Below, piece after piece: positions 1 to 11,290 of a DNA stretch of 64,000 nucleotides (position 1 is its first letter; every line of letters starts with the position of its first letter). Origin of the DNA: the human T2T-CHM13v2.0 reference genome, Homo sapiens. Below the pieces are notes generated by a model. The model was not told where the DNA came from. It did no database searches and was given only the letters and a program-made list of their open reading frames with translations. Both the position numbers and the translations under genes were made by a program. Location of the stretch: NCBI RefSeq assembly GCF_009914755.1, contig NC_060942.1, one strand, 5' to 3'.

Positions 1-89
1 GCGGCCCTACAAGTGTGCCTACTGCGTCATGGGCTTCACGCAGAAGAGCAACATGAAGCTGCACATGAAGCGGGCGCACAGCTATGCTG
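1..89 (+). CDS. ZNF236: ZNF236 penultimate coding exon (5' part outside window), final C2H2 zinc finger
   Basis: Reads [29 protein letters not shown](G), a C-x2-C-x12-H-x4-H finger. Donor G|GTGAGA at 89/90, phase 1, splices in frame to the exon at 8775. Confidence 0.88.
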
Positions 90-236
90 GTGAGAATGCT
101 GCACCCGGGAGTGCGTGCTGTTCGGTGGCCTGCGAGGCACCCTGTGTTTCGCATACATTGTTTCCTTTAGTTCACACAGTGATTTTGCATTGCACGTGGT
201 ACAGCCTCAGTTGTGTGGACTGGAAGCTTGTGCTTT

Positions 237-599
237 ATTTTATTTTTTGATTTCCATAGGTTATTGGGGAACAGATAGTGTTTGGTTACATGAGTAAGTT
301 CTGTAGTGGTGATTTGTGAGATTTTCGTGCACCCATCACCTGAGCAGTGTACACTGCACCCTATTTATAGTCTTTTATCCCTCACCCCCTTCCCATTCTT
401 TCCCCCCGAGTCCCCAAAGTCCATTGTGTCATTCTTATGCCTTTGTATCCTCATAGCTTAGCTCCCACTTATGAGTGAGAACATGCGATGTTTGGTTTTC
501 CATTCCTGTGTTACTTCACTTAGAATAATGGCCTTCAATTTCATCCAGGTGGTTGCAGATGCTATTAATTCATTCCTTTTTATGGCTGAGTAGTATTCC

Positions 600-638
<39 letters not shown>

Positions 639-3600
639 TTATGTATATAAATACCACAGTTTCTTTATCCACTCGTCGATTTATGGACATTTGGTTTGGT
701 TCCCTGTTTTTGCAGTTGCGAATTGTGCTGCCATAAACATGCGTGTGCAAGTGTCTTTTTCATACAATGAAAAAGATTCTACTTATTTTCCTCTGGGTAG
801 AGATACCCAGTAGTGGGACTGCTGGATCAAATGGTAGTTCTATTTTTAGTTCTTTAAGGAATCTCTACACTGTTTTCCATAGTGGCTGTACTAGTTTACA
901 TTCCCACTAGCAGTGTGGAAGTATTCCCTGTTCACCACATCCATGCTAGCATGTACTATTTTTTTTTTATTTTTTGATTATGGCCATTCTTGCGTGAGTA
1001 AAATGGTATCACATTGTGGTTTTGATTTGCATTTTCCTGATCATTAGTGATGTTGAGCATTTTTTCATACGTTTGCTGGCCATTTATATATCTTCTTTTG
1101 AGAATTGTCTGTTCATGTCCTTAGCTCACTTTTTGATGGGATTGTTTGTTTTTTTTCTTACTGATTAGTTTGAATTCGTTGTAGATTCTGGATATTAGTC
1201 CTTTTCAGATGTATAGATAGTGAAGATTTTCTCCCACTCTGTGGGTTGTCTGTTTAGTCTGCTGACTGTTCCTTTTGCCATTAAAAAGCTCTTTAGTGTA
1301 ATGAAGTCCCAGCTATTTATCTTTGTTTTTATTGCATTCACTTTTGTGCTCTTGGTCCTCGCCGAAGCCAATGTCTAGAAGGGTTTTTCCAATTTTATCT
1401 TCTAGAATTTTTATAGTTTCAGGTCTTAGTTTTTTTAATCCATCTTGAGTTGATTTTTGTATGAGATGAGATATGAAGATCCAGTTTCATTCTCCTAACG
1501 TGTGGCTAGCCAATTATCCCAGCACTGTTTGTTGAAAAGGGTGTCCTTTCCCCATTTTATGTTTTTGTTTTCCTTATTGAGGATCAGTTGGCTATAAGTA
1601 TTTGGGTTTATTTCTGGGTTCTCTATTCAGTTCCATTGGTCTGTATGCCTATTTTTATACCAGTACCATGCTGTTTTGGTGACTATGACCTTATAGTATA
1701 GTTTGAAATCAGGTAATGTGATGCCTCCAGATTTGTTCTTTTTGCTTAGTCTTACTTTGGCTATGTGAGCTCTTTTTTGATTCCATATCAATTTTAGAAT
1801 TGTTTTTTCTAATTCTGTGAAGAATGATGTTGGTATTTTGATGGGAATTGCGATGAATTTGTAGATTGCTTTTGGCAGTATGGCCATTTTCACAATATTG
1901 ATTCTACCCAACCATGAGCATGGGATGTGTTTCCATTTGTTTGGGTCATCTGTGATTTCTTTCAGCAGTGTTTTGTAGTTTTCCTTGTGGAGGTCTTTTA
2001 CCTCCTTGGTTAGGTGTATTCCTAAGTTTTTTTTTGTTTGTTTGTTTTTGTTTTGTTTTTTCCAGCTATTGTAAAAGGGGTTGACTCCTTGATTTGATTC
2101 TCAGCTTGGTTGCTGTTGGTGTATAGAAGAGCTACTGATTTCTTTACATCAATTTTTTATCTGGAAACTGCTGAATTCTTTCATCAGTTCTAGGAGCTTT
2201 CTGGAAGAGTCTTTTGGGTTTTCTAGGTAAACAATCATATCATCAGCAAACAGTGATAGTTTGACTTCCTCTTTACTGATTTGGATGCTCTTGATTTTCT
2301 TCTCTTTTCTGATTGCTCTGGCTAGGACTGCCACTGCTATGTTGAAGAGGAGTAGTGAGAGTGGGCATCTTTGTCTTGTTTCAGTTCTCAGAGGGAAAGC
2401 TTTTAACTTTTCATCATTCGATATTATGTTGGCTGTGGGTTTGTCATAGATGGCTTTTATTATTGAGGTATGTCCCTTGTATGCCGATTTTCCTGGGAGT
2501 TTTAATCATAAAGTGATGCTGGATTTTGTCTGATGTTTTTTCTGCATCTGTAGAAATGATCATGTGGTTTTTGTTTTTAATTCTGTTTATGTGGTGTATC
2601 ACATTTATCGACTTGCATATGTTAAACCATTCCTGCATCCCTGGTATGAAACCCACTTGATCATATGGTGGAGTATCTTTTTGATATGTGCTGGATTCGG
2701 TTAGCTAGTATTTTGTTAAGGATTTTAGCATCTATGTTCATCAGGGATAATGGTCTGTAGTTTTGTTTTTGGTTATGTCCTGTCTTGGTTTTGGTTTTGG
2801 GTGATACTGGCTCCATAGAATGATTTAGGGAGGGTTCTCTTTTTCTCTGTCTTGTGGAATAGTGTCAAAAGGATTGGTACCAATTCTCCTTTGAATGCCT
2901 GGTAGAATTCTGCTGTGAATCCATCTGGTTGTGGACTTTGTTTTGTTGGTAATTTTTAAATTACTATTTCAATCTTGCTGCTTGTTATTGGTCTGATCAG
3001 GGTATCTAATTCTTCCTGATTTAAGCTAGGAGGGTTGTATCTTTCCAGGAATTTATCCATCTTTCTAGGTTTTCTAGTTTATATGTGTAAAGGTGTTCAT
3101 AGTAGCCTTGAATGATCTTTTATATTTCTGTGGTGTCAGTTGTGATAGCTCCCATTTCGCTTCTTATTGAGCTTATTTGGATTTCCTCTCTTCTTGGTTA
3201 ATCTTGCTAGTAGTCTATCAATTTTATTTATGTTTTCAGAGAACCAGCTTTTTGTTTCAGTTATCTTTTGTTTGTTTGTTTCAATTTCATTTAGTTCTGC
3301 TCTAATCTTGGTTATTTCCTTTCTTCTGCTGAGTTTGGTTTTGGTTTGTTCTTGTTTCTCTAGTTCCTTGAGGTGTGACCTTAGATTGTCTGTGTGTGCT
3401 CTTTCAGGCTTGATGTAGACATTTAGGGCTACGAACTTTCCTCCTAGCACTGCCTTTGCTGTATCCCAGAGGTTATGATAGGTTATGTCACTATTGTTGT
3501 TCAGTTCGAATAATTTTTTAATTTCTATCTTGATTTCATTTTTCACCCAATGATCATTCAGGAGCAGGTTATTGAATTTTCATGTATTTGCATGGTTTTG

Positions 3601-5487
3601 AAGGTTCCTTTTGGAATTTATTTGCAGTTTTATTCCACTGTGGTCTGAGAGAGAGCTTGATATAATTTCAATTTTCTTAAATTTATTGAGGCTCATTTTG
3701 TGACCTATCATATGGTCTGTCTTGGAGAAAGTTCCATCTGCTGTTAAATATAATGTATATTCTGCAGTTGTTGGATGGAATGTTAGGTATATATCTATTA
3801 AGTCCTTTTGTTCCAAGGTATAGTTTAAATCCATTTTTTCTTTTTTGACTTTCTGTCTTGATGACCTGTCTAGTGCTGTCAGTGGAGTATTGAAATCTCC
3901 CACTATTATTATGTTGCTGTCTATCTCATTTTTTAGATCTATTAGTAATTGTTTTATAAATTTGGGAGCTCCAGTGCTAGGTGCATGTATGTTTAGGATT
4001 GTGGTATTTTCCTGTTGGACAACGCCTTTTATCATTATATAATGCCCCTCTGTCTTTTTTAGCTGCTGTTGCTGATGACAATGCGACTAAGCAATGATAT
4101 TTTTGCAGTGAATTTCCCAGGTGTTCTTTGTGCTTCTTGTATTTGGATGTCTAGGTCTCTAGCAAGGCCAGGGAAGTTTTCCTCGATTATTCCCCCAGAT
4201 ATGTTTTCCAAACTTTTAGATTTCTCTTCTTCCTCAGGAATGCCGATTATTCTTAGGTTTGGTCGTTTAACATAATCCCCAGACTTCTTGGAGGCTTTGT
4301 TCATATTTTCTTATTCTTTTTTCTTTGCCTTTGTTAGATTGGGTTAATTCGAAGACCTTGTCTTCGAGCTCTGAATTTCTTTCTTGTACTTGTTCTATTC
4401 TATTGCTGAGACTTTTCAGAGCATTTTGCATTTCTATAAGTATGTCTATTGTTTCCTGAAGTTTTCCTTGTTTTTTATTTATGCTATCAATTTCATTGAA
4501 TATTTCTCCCTTCACTTCTTATATCATTTTTTTGATTTCCTTACCTTTGGCTACACCTTTCTCTGGTACCTTCCTGATTAGCTTAATAACTAACTTCCTG
4601 AATTCTTTTTCAGGTAAATCAGGGACTTCTTCTGGGTTTGGATCCATTGCTGGTGAGCTTGTGTGATTTTTGGGAGCTGTTAAAGAGCCTTGTTTTGTCA
4701 TATTACCAGAGTTGGTTTTTCTGGTTCCTTTTCATTTGAGTAGGCTCTGTCAGAGGGAAGGTCTAGGGCCGAAGGCTGTTGTTCAGATTCTTTGGTCCTA
4801 CGGGGTTCTCTTGATATAGTACTCCCCGCCTTTTCCTATGGCTGTGGCTCCCTGAGAACAGAGCTATAGTGATTGTTACCTTTATTCTTGGTCTAGCCGC
4901 CCAGCAAGTCCACCTGGCTCCGGGCTGGTACTAGGGGTTGTCTGCACAGAGTCCTGTGATGTGAACCATTCATGGTCTCTCAGCCATGGGTACCGGTGCC
5001 TGTTCCGGTGGAGATGGCAGGGGGGTGAAATGGACTCTGTGAAGGTTCTTAGCTTTGGTGGTTTAATGCTCTATTTTTGTGCTGGTTGGCCTCCTGCCGG
5101 GAGGTGGTGCTTTCCAGAGAGCATCAGCTGTGGTAGTATAGGGAGGAACAGGTGGTGGGCGGGGCCCTAGACCTCCCAAGAGTATATGCCCTTTGTCTTC
5201 CGCTTCCAGGGTGGGTAGAGAAGGAGCATTGGGTGGGGGCTGGGCTAGGCGTGTCTGAGCTCAGACTCTCCTTGGGCGGGTCTTGCTGTGGCTGAGTATT
5301 TGGGGTGTCTCCTGGGTCCTGCAGGAGCAATCCACTTCCTTCAGAGAGTCTGTGGGTCCTCTCAGGTTTCCTGATTTATTCCCCTAGTTGTTTGGGAGCA
5401 AAAATTCACAATGTGAGCCTCCTCATGCTGCTCTGTCCCTTTGAGTCGGAGGTGCAGTCTAGTCCTGCCTCCCATCCGCCATGATCT
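237..5487 (-). mobile_element. LINE-1 (L1PB-like), near full length with internal ORF1/ORF2 deletion, inactive
   Basis: Minus-strand ORF fragments match L1 ORF1 (4059-4701) and ORF2 EN/RT (1627-4035, including [14 protein letters not shown]). 3' end near 237, 5'UTR about 4720-5487. Flanked by a 17-bp TSD ctggaagc(t/c)tgtgcttt at 220-236 and 5488-5504. Many stops and frameshifts. Confidence 0.93.
602..636. repeat. (TG)n microsatellite inside the L1 3' region
   Basis: Direct dinucleotide run. Confidence 0.95.
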
Positions 5488-5562
5488 CTGGAAGCCTGTG
5501 CTTTTGTTACTTTAATAGTTAGTGTTTGCAGTTGTTGAAGTTGGCTATGGACTGCCCCCCTT

Positions 5563-5600
5563 CACACACACACACACACACACACAGAGACACACACACA
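5563..5600. repeat. (CA)n microsatellite
   Basis: Direct dinucleotide run with a short GA interruption. Confidence 0.9.
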
Positions 5601-6184
5601 GAATTTGATTAGATTAAATTTATATTTTGGCAAGGGCACAGAAATTTATTGGAGTAAAATGGCAGCCCAGAACCTGAGCAAGCGCAGCATTTCTGAGCAG
5701 CTCGTTTCTCACTGGACAGAGCTTTCTGTAGGGGCCTTCAGCACCTGGCCAGTCAGAGGCCCAGAATAGCATCTCTGTCTGTCTTCACATCATGTCTGGA
5801 AGCCCCTTTTCCTGCAGCATGCAGTTCAGGTGCTGTCTCGGTGCTCAGGGGCACAGAGCAAACAGAATCTGCACCAACTGCTCCTGTCTGCATCCTGTTG
5901 ACCTGGCACAGACAACACGTGGGCCTTGGTTTCTCTCTTGATTCGCTAACGTTCATGCCCTTCAGAGTATGGATATTGGGGTGTGATCCTACTGCTTGTC
6001 TGTCCCTTGTTCACCTTTGTTTCCTACACAGAATCTAGCAGTGGCATCCATCTCTGAGGAAGGAATGATAATAGATGGCCTAGACTAGGTTTCAGAGGGT
6101 GGCAGTAGCTATGCAAGGAACTAGAAATGTTAAAGTCTGAGTAGACCCCTTGGTGTGCTCCATGCATTTTGCGGGTGTGATTTG

Positions 6185-8296
6185 ATTGTTCGAGGTGGTA
6201 TGCTCTGTGAGATCTGTGGTTTGTTTGGTTGTTGGAGGTGATGTGATTCGTGAAATGTGTTATTTGGTTGTTGGAGGTGATGTGATTCGTGAGATGTGTT
6301 ATTTGGTTGTTGGAGGTGATGTGATTCGTGAGATGTGTTATTTGGTTGTTGGAGGTGATGTGATTCGTGAGATGTGTTATTTGGTTGTTGGAGGTGATGT
6401 GATTCGTGAGATGTGTTATTTGGTTGTTGGAGGTGATGTGATTCGTGAGATGTGTTATTTGGTTGTTGGAGGTGATGTGATTCGTGAGATGTGTTATTTG
6501 GTTGTTGGAGGTGATGTGATTCGTGAAATGTGTTATTTGGTTGTTGGAGGTGATGTGATTCGTGAGATGTGTTATTTGGTTGTTGGAGGTGATGTGATTC
6601 GTGAGATGTGTTATTTGGTTGTTGGAGGTGATGTGATTCGTGAGATGTGTTATTTGGTTGTTGGAGGTGATGTGATTCGTGAGATGTGTTATTTGGTTGT
6701 TGGAGGTGATGTGATTCGTGAGATGTGTTATTTGGTTGTTGGAGGTGATGTGATTCGTGAGATGTGTTATTTGGTTGTTGGAGGTGATGTGATTCGTGAG
6801 ATGTGTTATTTGGTTGTTGGAGGTGATGTGATTCGTGAGATGTGTTATTTGGTTGTTGGAGGTGATGTGATTCGTGAGATGTGTTATTTGGTTGTTGGAG
6901 GTGATGTGATTCGTGAGATGTGTTATTTGGTTGTTGGAGGTGATGTGATTCGTGAGATGTGTTATTTGGTTGTTGGAGGTGATGTGATTCGTGAGATGTG
7001 TTATTTGGTTGTTGGAGGTGATGTGATTCGTGAGATGTGTTATTTGGTTGTTGGAGGTGGTGTGATCTGTGACATTTGTGATTTGTTGTTGGAGGTGGTG
7101 TGATCTGTGAGATTTGTGATTTGGTTGTTGGAGGTGGTGTGATCTGTGACATTTGTGATTTGTTGTTGGAGGTGGTGTGATCTGTGAGATTTCTGATTTG
7201 GTTGTTGGAGGTGGTGTGATCTGTAAGATTTCTGATTTGGTTGTTGGAGGTGGTGTGCTCTGAGTTATGTGACTTGGTTGTTGGAAGTGGTGTGATCTGT
7301 GACATTTGTGATTTGGTTGTTGGAGGTGGTGTGATCTGTGAGATTTGTGATTTAGTTGTTGGAGGTGATGTGATCTGTGAGGTTTGTGATTTGTTGTTGG
7401 AGGTGGTGTGCTCTGAGTTATGTGATTTTGTTGTTGGAGGTGGTGTGCTCTGTGAGATTTGTGATTTGGTGTTGGAGGTGGTGGTGTGATCTGTGAGATT
7501 TGTGATTTGGTGTTGGAGGTGGTGGTGTGATCTGTGAGATTTGTGATTTGGTGTTGGAGGTGGTGGTGTGATCTGTGAGATTTGTGATTTGGTGTTGGAG
7601 GTGGTGGTGTGATCTGTGAGATTTGTGATTTGGTGTTGGAGGTGGTGGTGTGATCTGTGAGATTTGTGATTTGGTGTTGGAGGTGGTGGTGTGCTCTGAG
7701 ATTTGTGATTTGGTGTTGGAGGTGGTGGTGTGATCTGTGAGATTTGTGATTTGGTGTTAGGGGTGGTGATGTGATCTGTGAGATTTGTGATTTGTTGTTG
7801 GAGGTGGTGTGATCTGTGACATTTGTGATTTGTTGTTGGAGGTGGTGTGATCTGTGAGATTTGTGATTTGGTTGTTGGAGGTGGTGTGATCTGTGAGGTT
7901 TGTGATTTGTTGTTGGAGGCGGTGTGCTCTGTGAGATTTGTGATTTGGTGTTAGGGGTGGTGATGTGATCTGTGAGATTTGTGATTTGGTGTTGGAGGTG
8001 GTGGTGTGATCTGTGAGATTTGTGATTTGGTGTTGGAGGTGGTGTGATCTGTGAGATTTGTGATTTGGTTGTTGGAGGTGGTGTGATCTGTGAGGTTTGT
8101 GATTTGTTGTTGGAGGTGGTGTGATCTCTGAGATTTGTGATTTGGTGTTGGAGGTGGTGGTGTGCTCTGTGAGATTTGTGATTTGGTGTTAGGGGTGGTG
8201 ATGTGATCTGTGAGATTTGTGATTTGGTGTTGGAGGTGGTGGTGTGATCTGTGAGATTTGTGATTTGGTGTTGGAGGTGGTGGTGTGCTCTGTGAG
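6185..8296. repeat. Minisatellite/VNTR, 38-41 bp GT-rich units, in the last intron of ZNF236
   Basis: 21 near-identical 39-bp units (gatgtgattcgtgagatgtgttatttggttgttggaggt) at about 6225-7045, then variant 38-41 bp units (gtgatctgtgagatttgtgatttggtgttggaggtggtggt) to about 8296. Confidence 0.97.
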
Positions 8297-8774
8297 GCTT
8301 GCAGGTGTTCTTTGGTTGTTTGAGGTGCGGTACTTTGTGAGGGGAGCTCGACGGCTTTCAGTGTAGGGAACCCGAGGGCAGAACACTATATTGTGGGGAG
8401 TTTTTGAGGAAGGAAAAAGGGGTAATTTTTTCTCTTTAACGTCTACACTGTAGTGCTTCCTGCTTTCCTTTTTATTATGGAAATCATGTGTGTTGGTTAT
8501 TGCTCATTCCTGATGCTGTGTTAATGTAGCTGTCATAGGAGTGCACTCATATCACCAGTGCTGTGTGTGCGTTCATACTCCTAACAGTAACTACTGTCCT
8601 GCCGGCAGAGGTGTTTCACCTGCAGCTCAAATTACTCTTTTTTCACTGGAATGAAAAGCAAATTACTTTAGAAATTCCTTGTCTCTTTCTACCAGAAAGT
8701 CTTTATTTAAATAGGAACCATTTTGTGCTCTGGAAGGTCTGAGGCTGCTTGTGTTTTCTTTGTCTGCATAACAG

Positions 8775-8899
8775 GAGCTCTGCAGGAGTCTGCAGGTCAC
8801 CCGGAGCAGGATGGGGAGGAGCTGAGCCGGACCCTCCACCTGGAGGAGGTGGTGCAGGAGGCTGCCGGCGAGTGGCAGGCCCTCACCCACGTCTTCTGA
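8775..8899 (+). CDS. ZNF236: ZNF236 terminal coding exon
   Basis: Pyrimidine tract and ACAG| acceptor at 8774. Continues the phase-1 frame as [44 protein letters not shown] at 8897-8899. Confidence 0.88.
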
Positions 8900-11290
8900 T
8901 GCGAGTTGGAAGTACACCTTTAAGAATGTTTCTGAAGTTACGTTTTGTGAAGAGCAAAGCACTTGGAATCTCTGTTTTAAAGCTTCAAGTGTTAAAAATG
9001 CTACAATAGTTTTTTATCTATAAAATTATCTAAAGAATCATTGTCTTTCAGAGACTCATAGGAAAAAAAAACTGGGAAAAGTGTCACCGCATTGTTCTCT
9101 TTTGTCTACAAATCACTGAACTCAGGTACTACTGTAGGCAGTTTCCTCCTCAGTCTCCTCCGTGGCTAGTGTGTCTAGTTCACGAAGCAATTAACTGGGT
9201 CTTACTATCATTGTAGTGTGATTTCTTTGTATTAGCAAAGACAAAAACGCTAACATGGAAAAAGTATGTCAGATTTTCCTTCATGTTTCTGGTTATAAGA
9301 AGCATAGCTTACAAAGCAAGCGTAAGATTGAGGCATGAAGTTCAGAAAAAAAAGTGTTATAACACACAGGGAAGTTTTTTCCACTCTTTTCTCTGTGCAT
9401 TTTGAAAATTAGTCAAAATGGACTCTTTTCAGTCTACCATAAGTTAATATAACTGATACCTTGAGAGATGGCTGGACCAATTCTCTCCATGACATGTTTA
9501 ATCATTAGTTACAAGAATGCAGTATCTGGGGCGTCAACATGGGGACTCGAGTAAACCTGACCCACCAATAAGGATTCAGCTGTCCACACGGGCTGGCGAC
9601 ACACTTACCGCATCAATCTGTGTTCAGGTCCAGGGTTACATAATTGCAGAAGCACAAGCCATACATCGCAGGTAGGAAACCACAGAACCGTCTGCAAGGA
9701 GCAAGCAACGGTGGCCCTGTCCACCCCAGCAAATAAGAAGCATATCTGTAGCTTAAGGCCACGAATCCGTAAAAACCCCATGACTTTCTCTTCGTGCATA
9801 AACAGATGTATTTTTGATTTCAGGGAATTCTTTAGTATCGTCAATGGTGCCACATAAAACATGTCCCAAACCAAATCCCACCCGTGCTGGGCAGAGTGCG
9901 TGCACGCCATTCCTACAGCATTCCAAAGATGGAAGGTTCTTTACTTCATGTTAATTTTTCCTTTGAAATTATTTATATGTTCTATATATAAATACATATG
10001 TACATAGATATATGGGCCTCTGTGTGGCTGAACAGTATATTTTGTAAATATAAGTACTAGTCCTAATTGCAGAAAGAGCGTCAGTTTCACCTCCCCACGA
10101 GCACTTCAGATCAGTATTGTATTCATTTTATTCATAAATGGATATCTTTTTCATTGTCATATAAAGCTGGGTTTTATTTTTTTTTCCTGAAAAATAATTG
10201 CCTTTATTTTCTCTCGTTGCCTCCTTGGTTTCAGAAGAGAGTAGTTTTATTATAAATATTGTATGGACTTTGTATATTAAGAGAGGAGCTCATTTCAGAT
10301 TCCTAAAGAAATAGACATTTTACTGTTATTTTGAAAGGGCATCTTTTGATTTTTTTGTTGTTGTTGTTCACTTTTGGCATATGTATATAAGTAATATTGA
10401 CGGTGATATGAAAACTTTTGTTATGTGAAGATATTTAAGTCAGAAAATTGTTAAATAATATTACTTCTTTTCCAAACTGCTTTGTGTATTGTATATTTTT
10501 TTAAGAAAAAGAAAAGCCTTATTTGACTTATGCTTGTGATACTGGACTTCTTACCAATCCGGAGGTTTCCTTCCTTGAATGTCAGTGTGTAAACCTGGCT
10601 GTAGCCGCATATGCAGAATAACTGTAATTGTGCTAGAGTTTTAAAGGTTCTGCTTTTAATGCACTTTTTATTTTATAATTTTGTATTGAAATATTTTAGA
10701 AATGTTGATTAATTTTGGTGAAAAAATATCCCCAAAGTGGAAATTATTGGAATTTTAAACTTTTGTTCTTGCTGGGTTATTTATTTTGATTTTAGCATTA
10801 AATGTCATCTCAGGATATCTCTAAAAGGGGTTGTTTAATTCCTAATTGTATAGAAAGCTAGTTTGGTGAATTGTATTGGTTAATTGACTGTTTAAGGCCT
10901 TAACAGGTGAATCTAGAGCCTACTTTTATTTTGGTTAAAGAAAAAGAAAATATCAATAATTCAATTTTGTGTCTTTTCTCAATTTATTAGCAAACACAAG
11001 ACATTTTATGTATTATTTCGATTTACTTCCTAATTATAAAAGCTGCTTTTTTGCAGAACATTCCTTGAAAATATAAGGTTTTGAAAAGACATAATTTTAC
11101 TTGAATCTTTGTGGGGTACAGGTTGATCTTTATATTTTACTGGTTGTTTTAAAAATTCTAGAAAAGAGATTTCTAGGCCTCATGTATAACCAGGGTTTTG
11201 AGGATAAAGAACTGTATTTTTAGAACTATCTCATCATAGCATATCTGCTTTGGAATAACTATAAATAAAAGATGAAGTTAGGAAATGTGA
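8900..11290 (+). other. ZNF236: ZNF236 3'UTR (proximal end; possible extension to about 13455)
   Basis: AU-rich sequence after the stop. AATAAA at 11264-11269 is followed by U-rich sequence. A second AATAAA at 13430-13435 is followed by U/GU-rich sequence. Confidence 0.7.
11264..11269 (+). terminator. Polyadenylation signal (ZNF236 proximal)
   Basis: AATAAA with a downstream T-rich tract. Confidence 0.65.

Noticed and set aside
90-250. Continuation of ORF 29-250 beyond the zinc finger
   Set aside because: It runs through the GTGAGA donor into intron. The real frame resumes at 8775.
1627-4701. L1 ORF1/ORF2 fragments as an active retrotransposon or a gene
   Set aside because: Broken by stops, frameshifts and an internal deletion.
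6130-7305. 391-aa (-) and 305-aa (+) repetitive ORFs
   Set aside because: Artefacts of a 39-bp (13-codon) stop-free repeat unit. No splice or promoter support.
6185-8296. CRISPR-like array
   Set aside because: Units are contiguous tandem copies with no unique spacers, there are no cas genes and the context is human.
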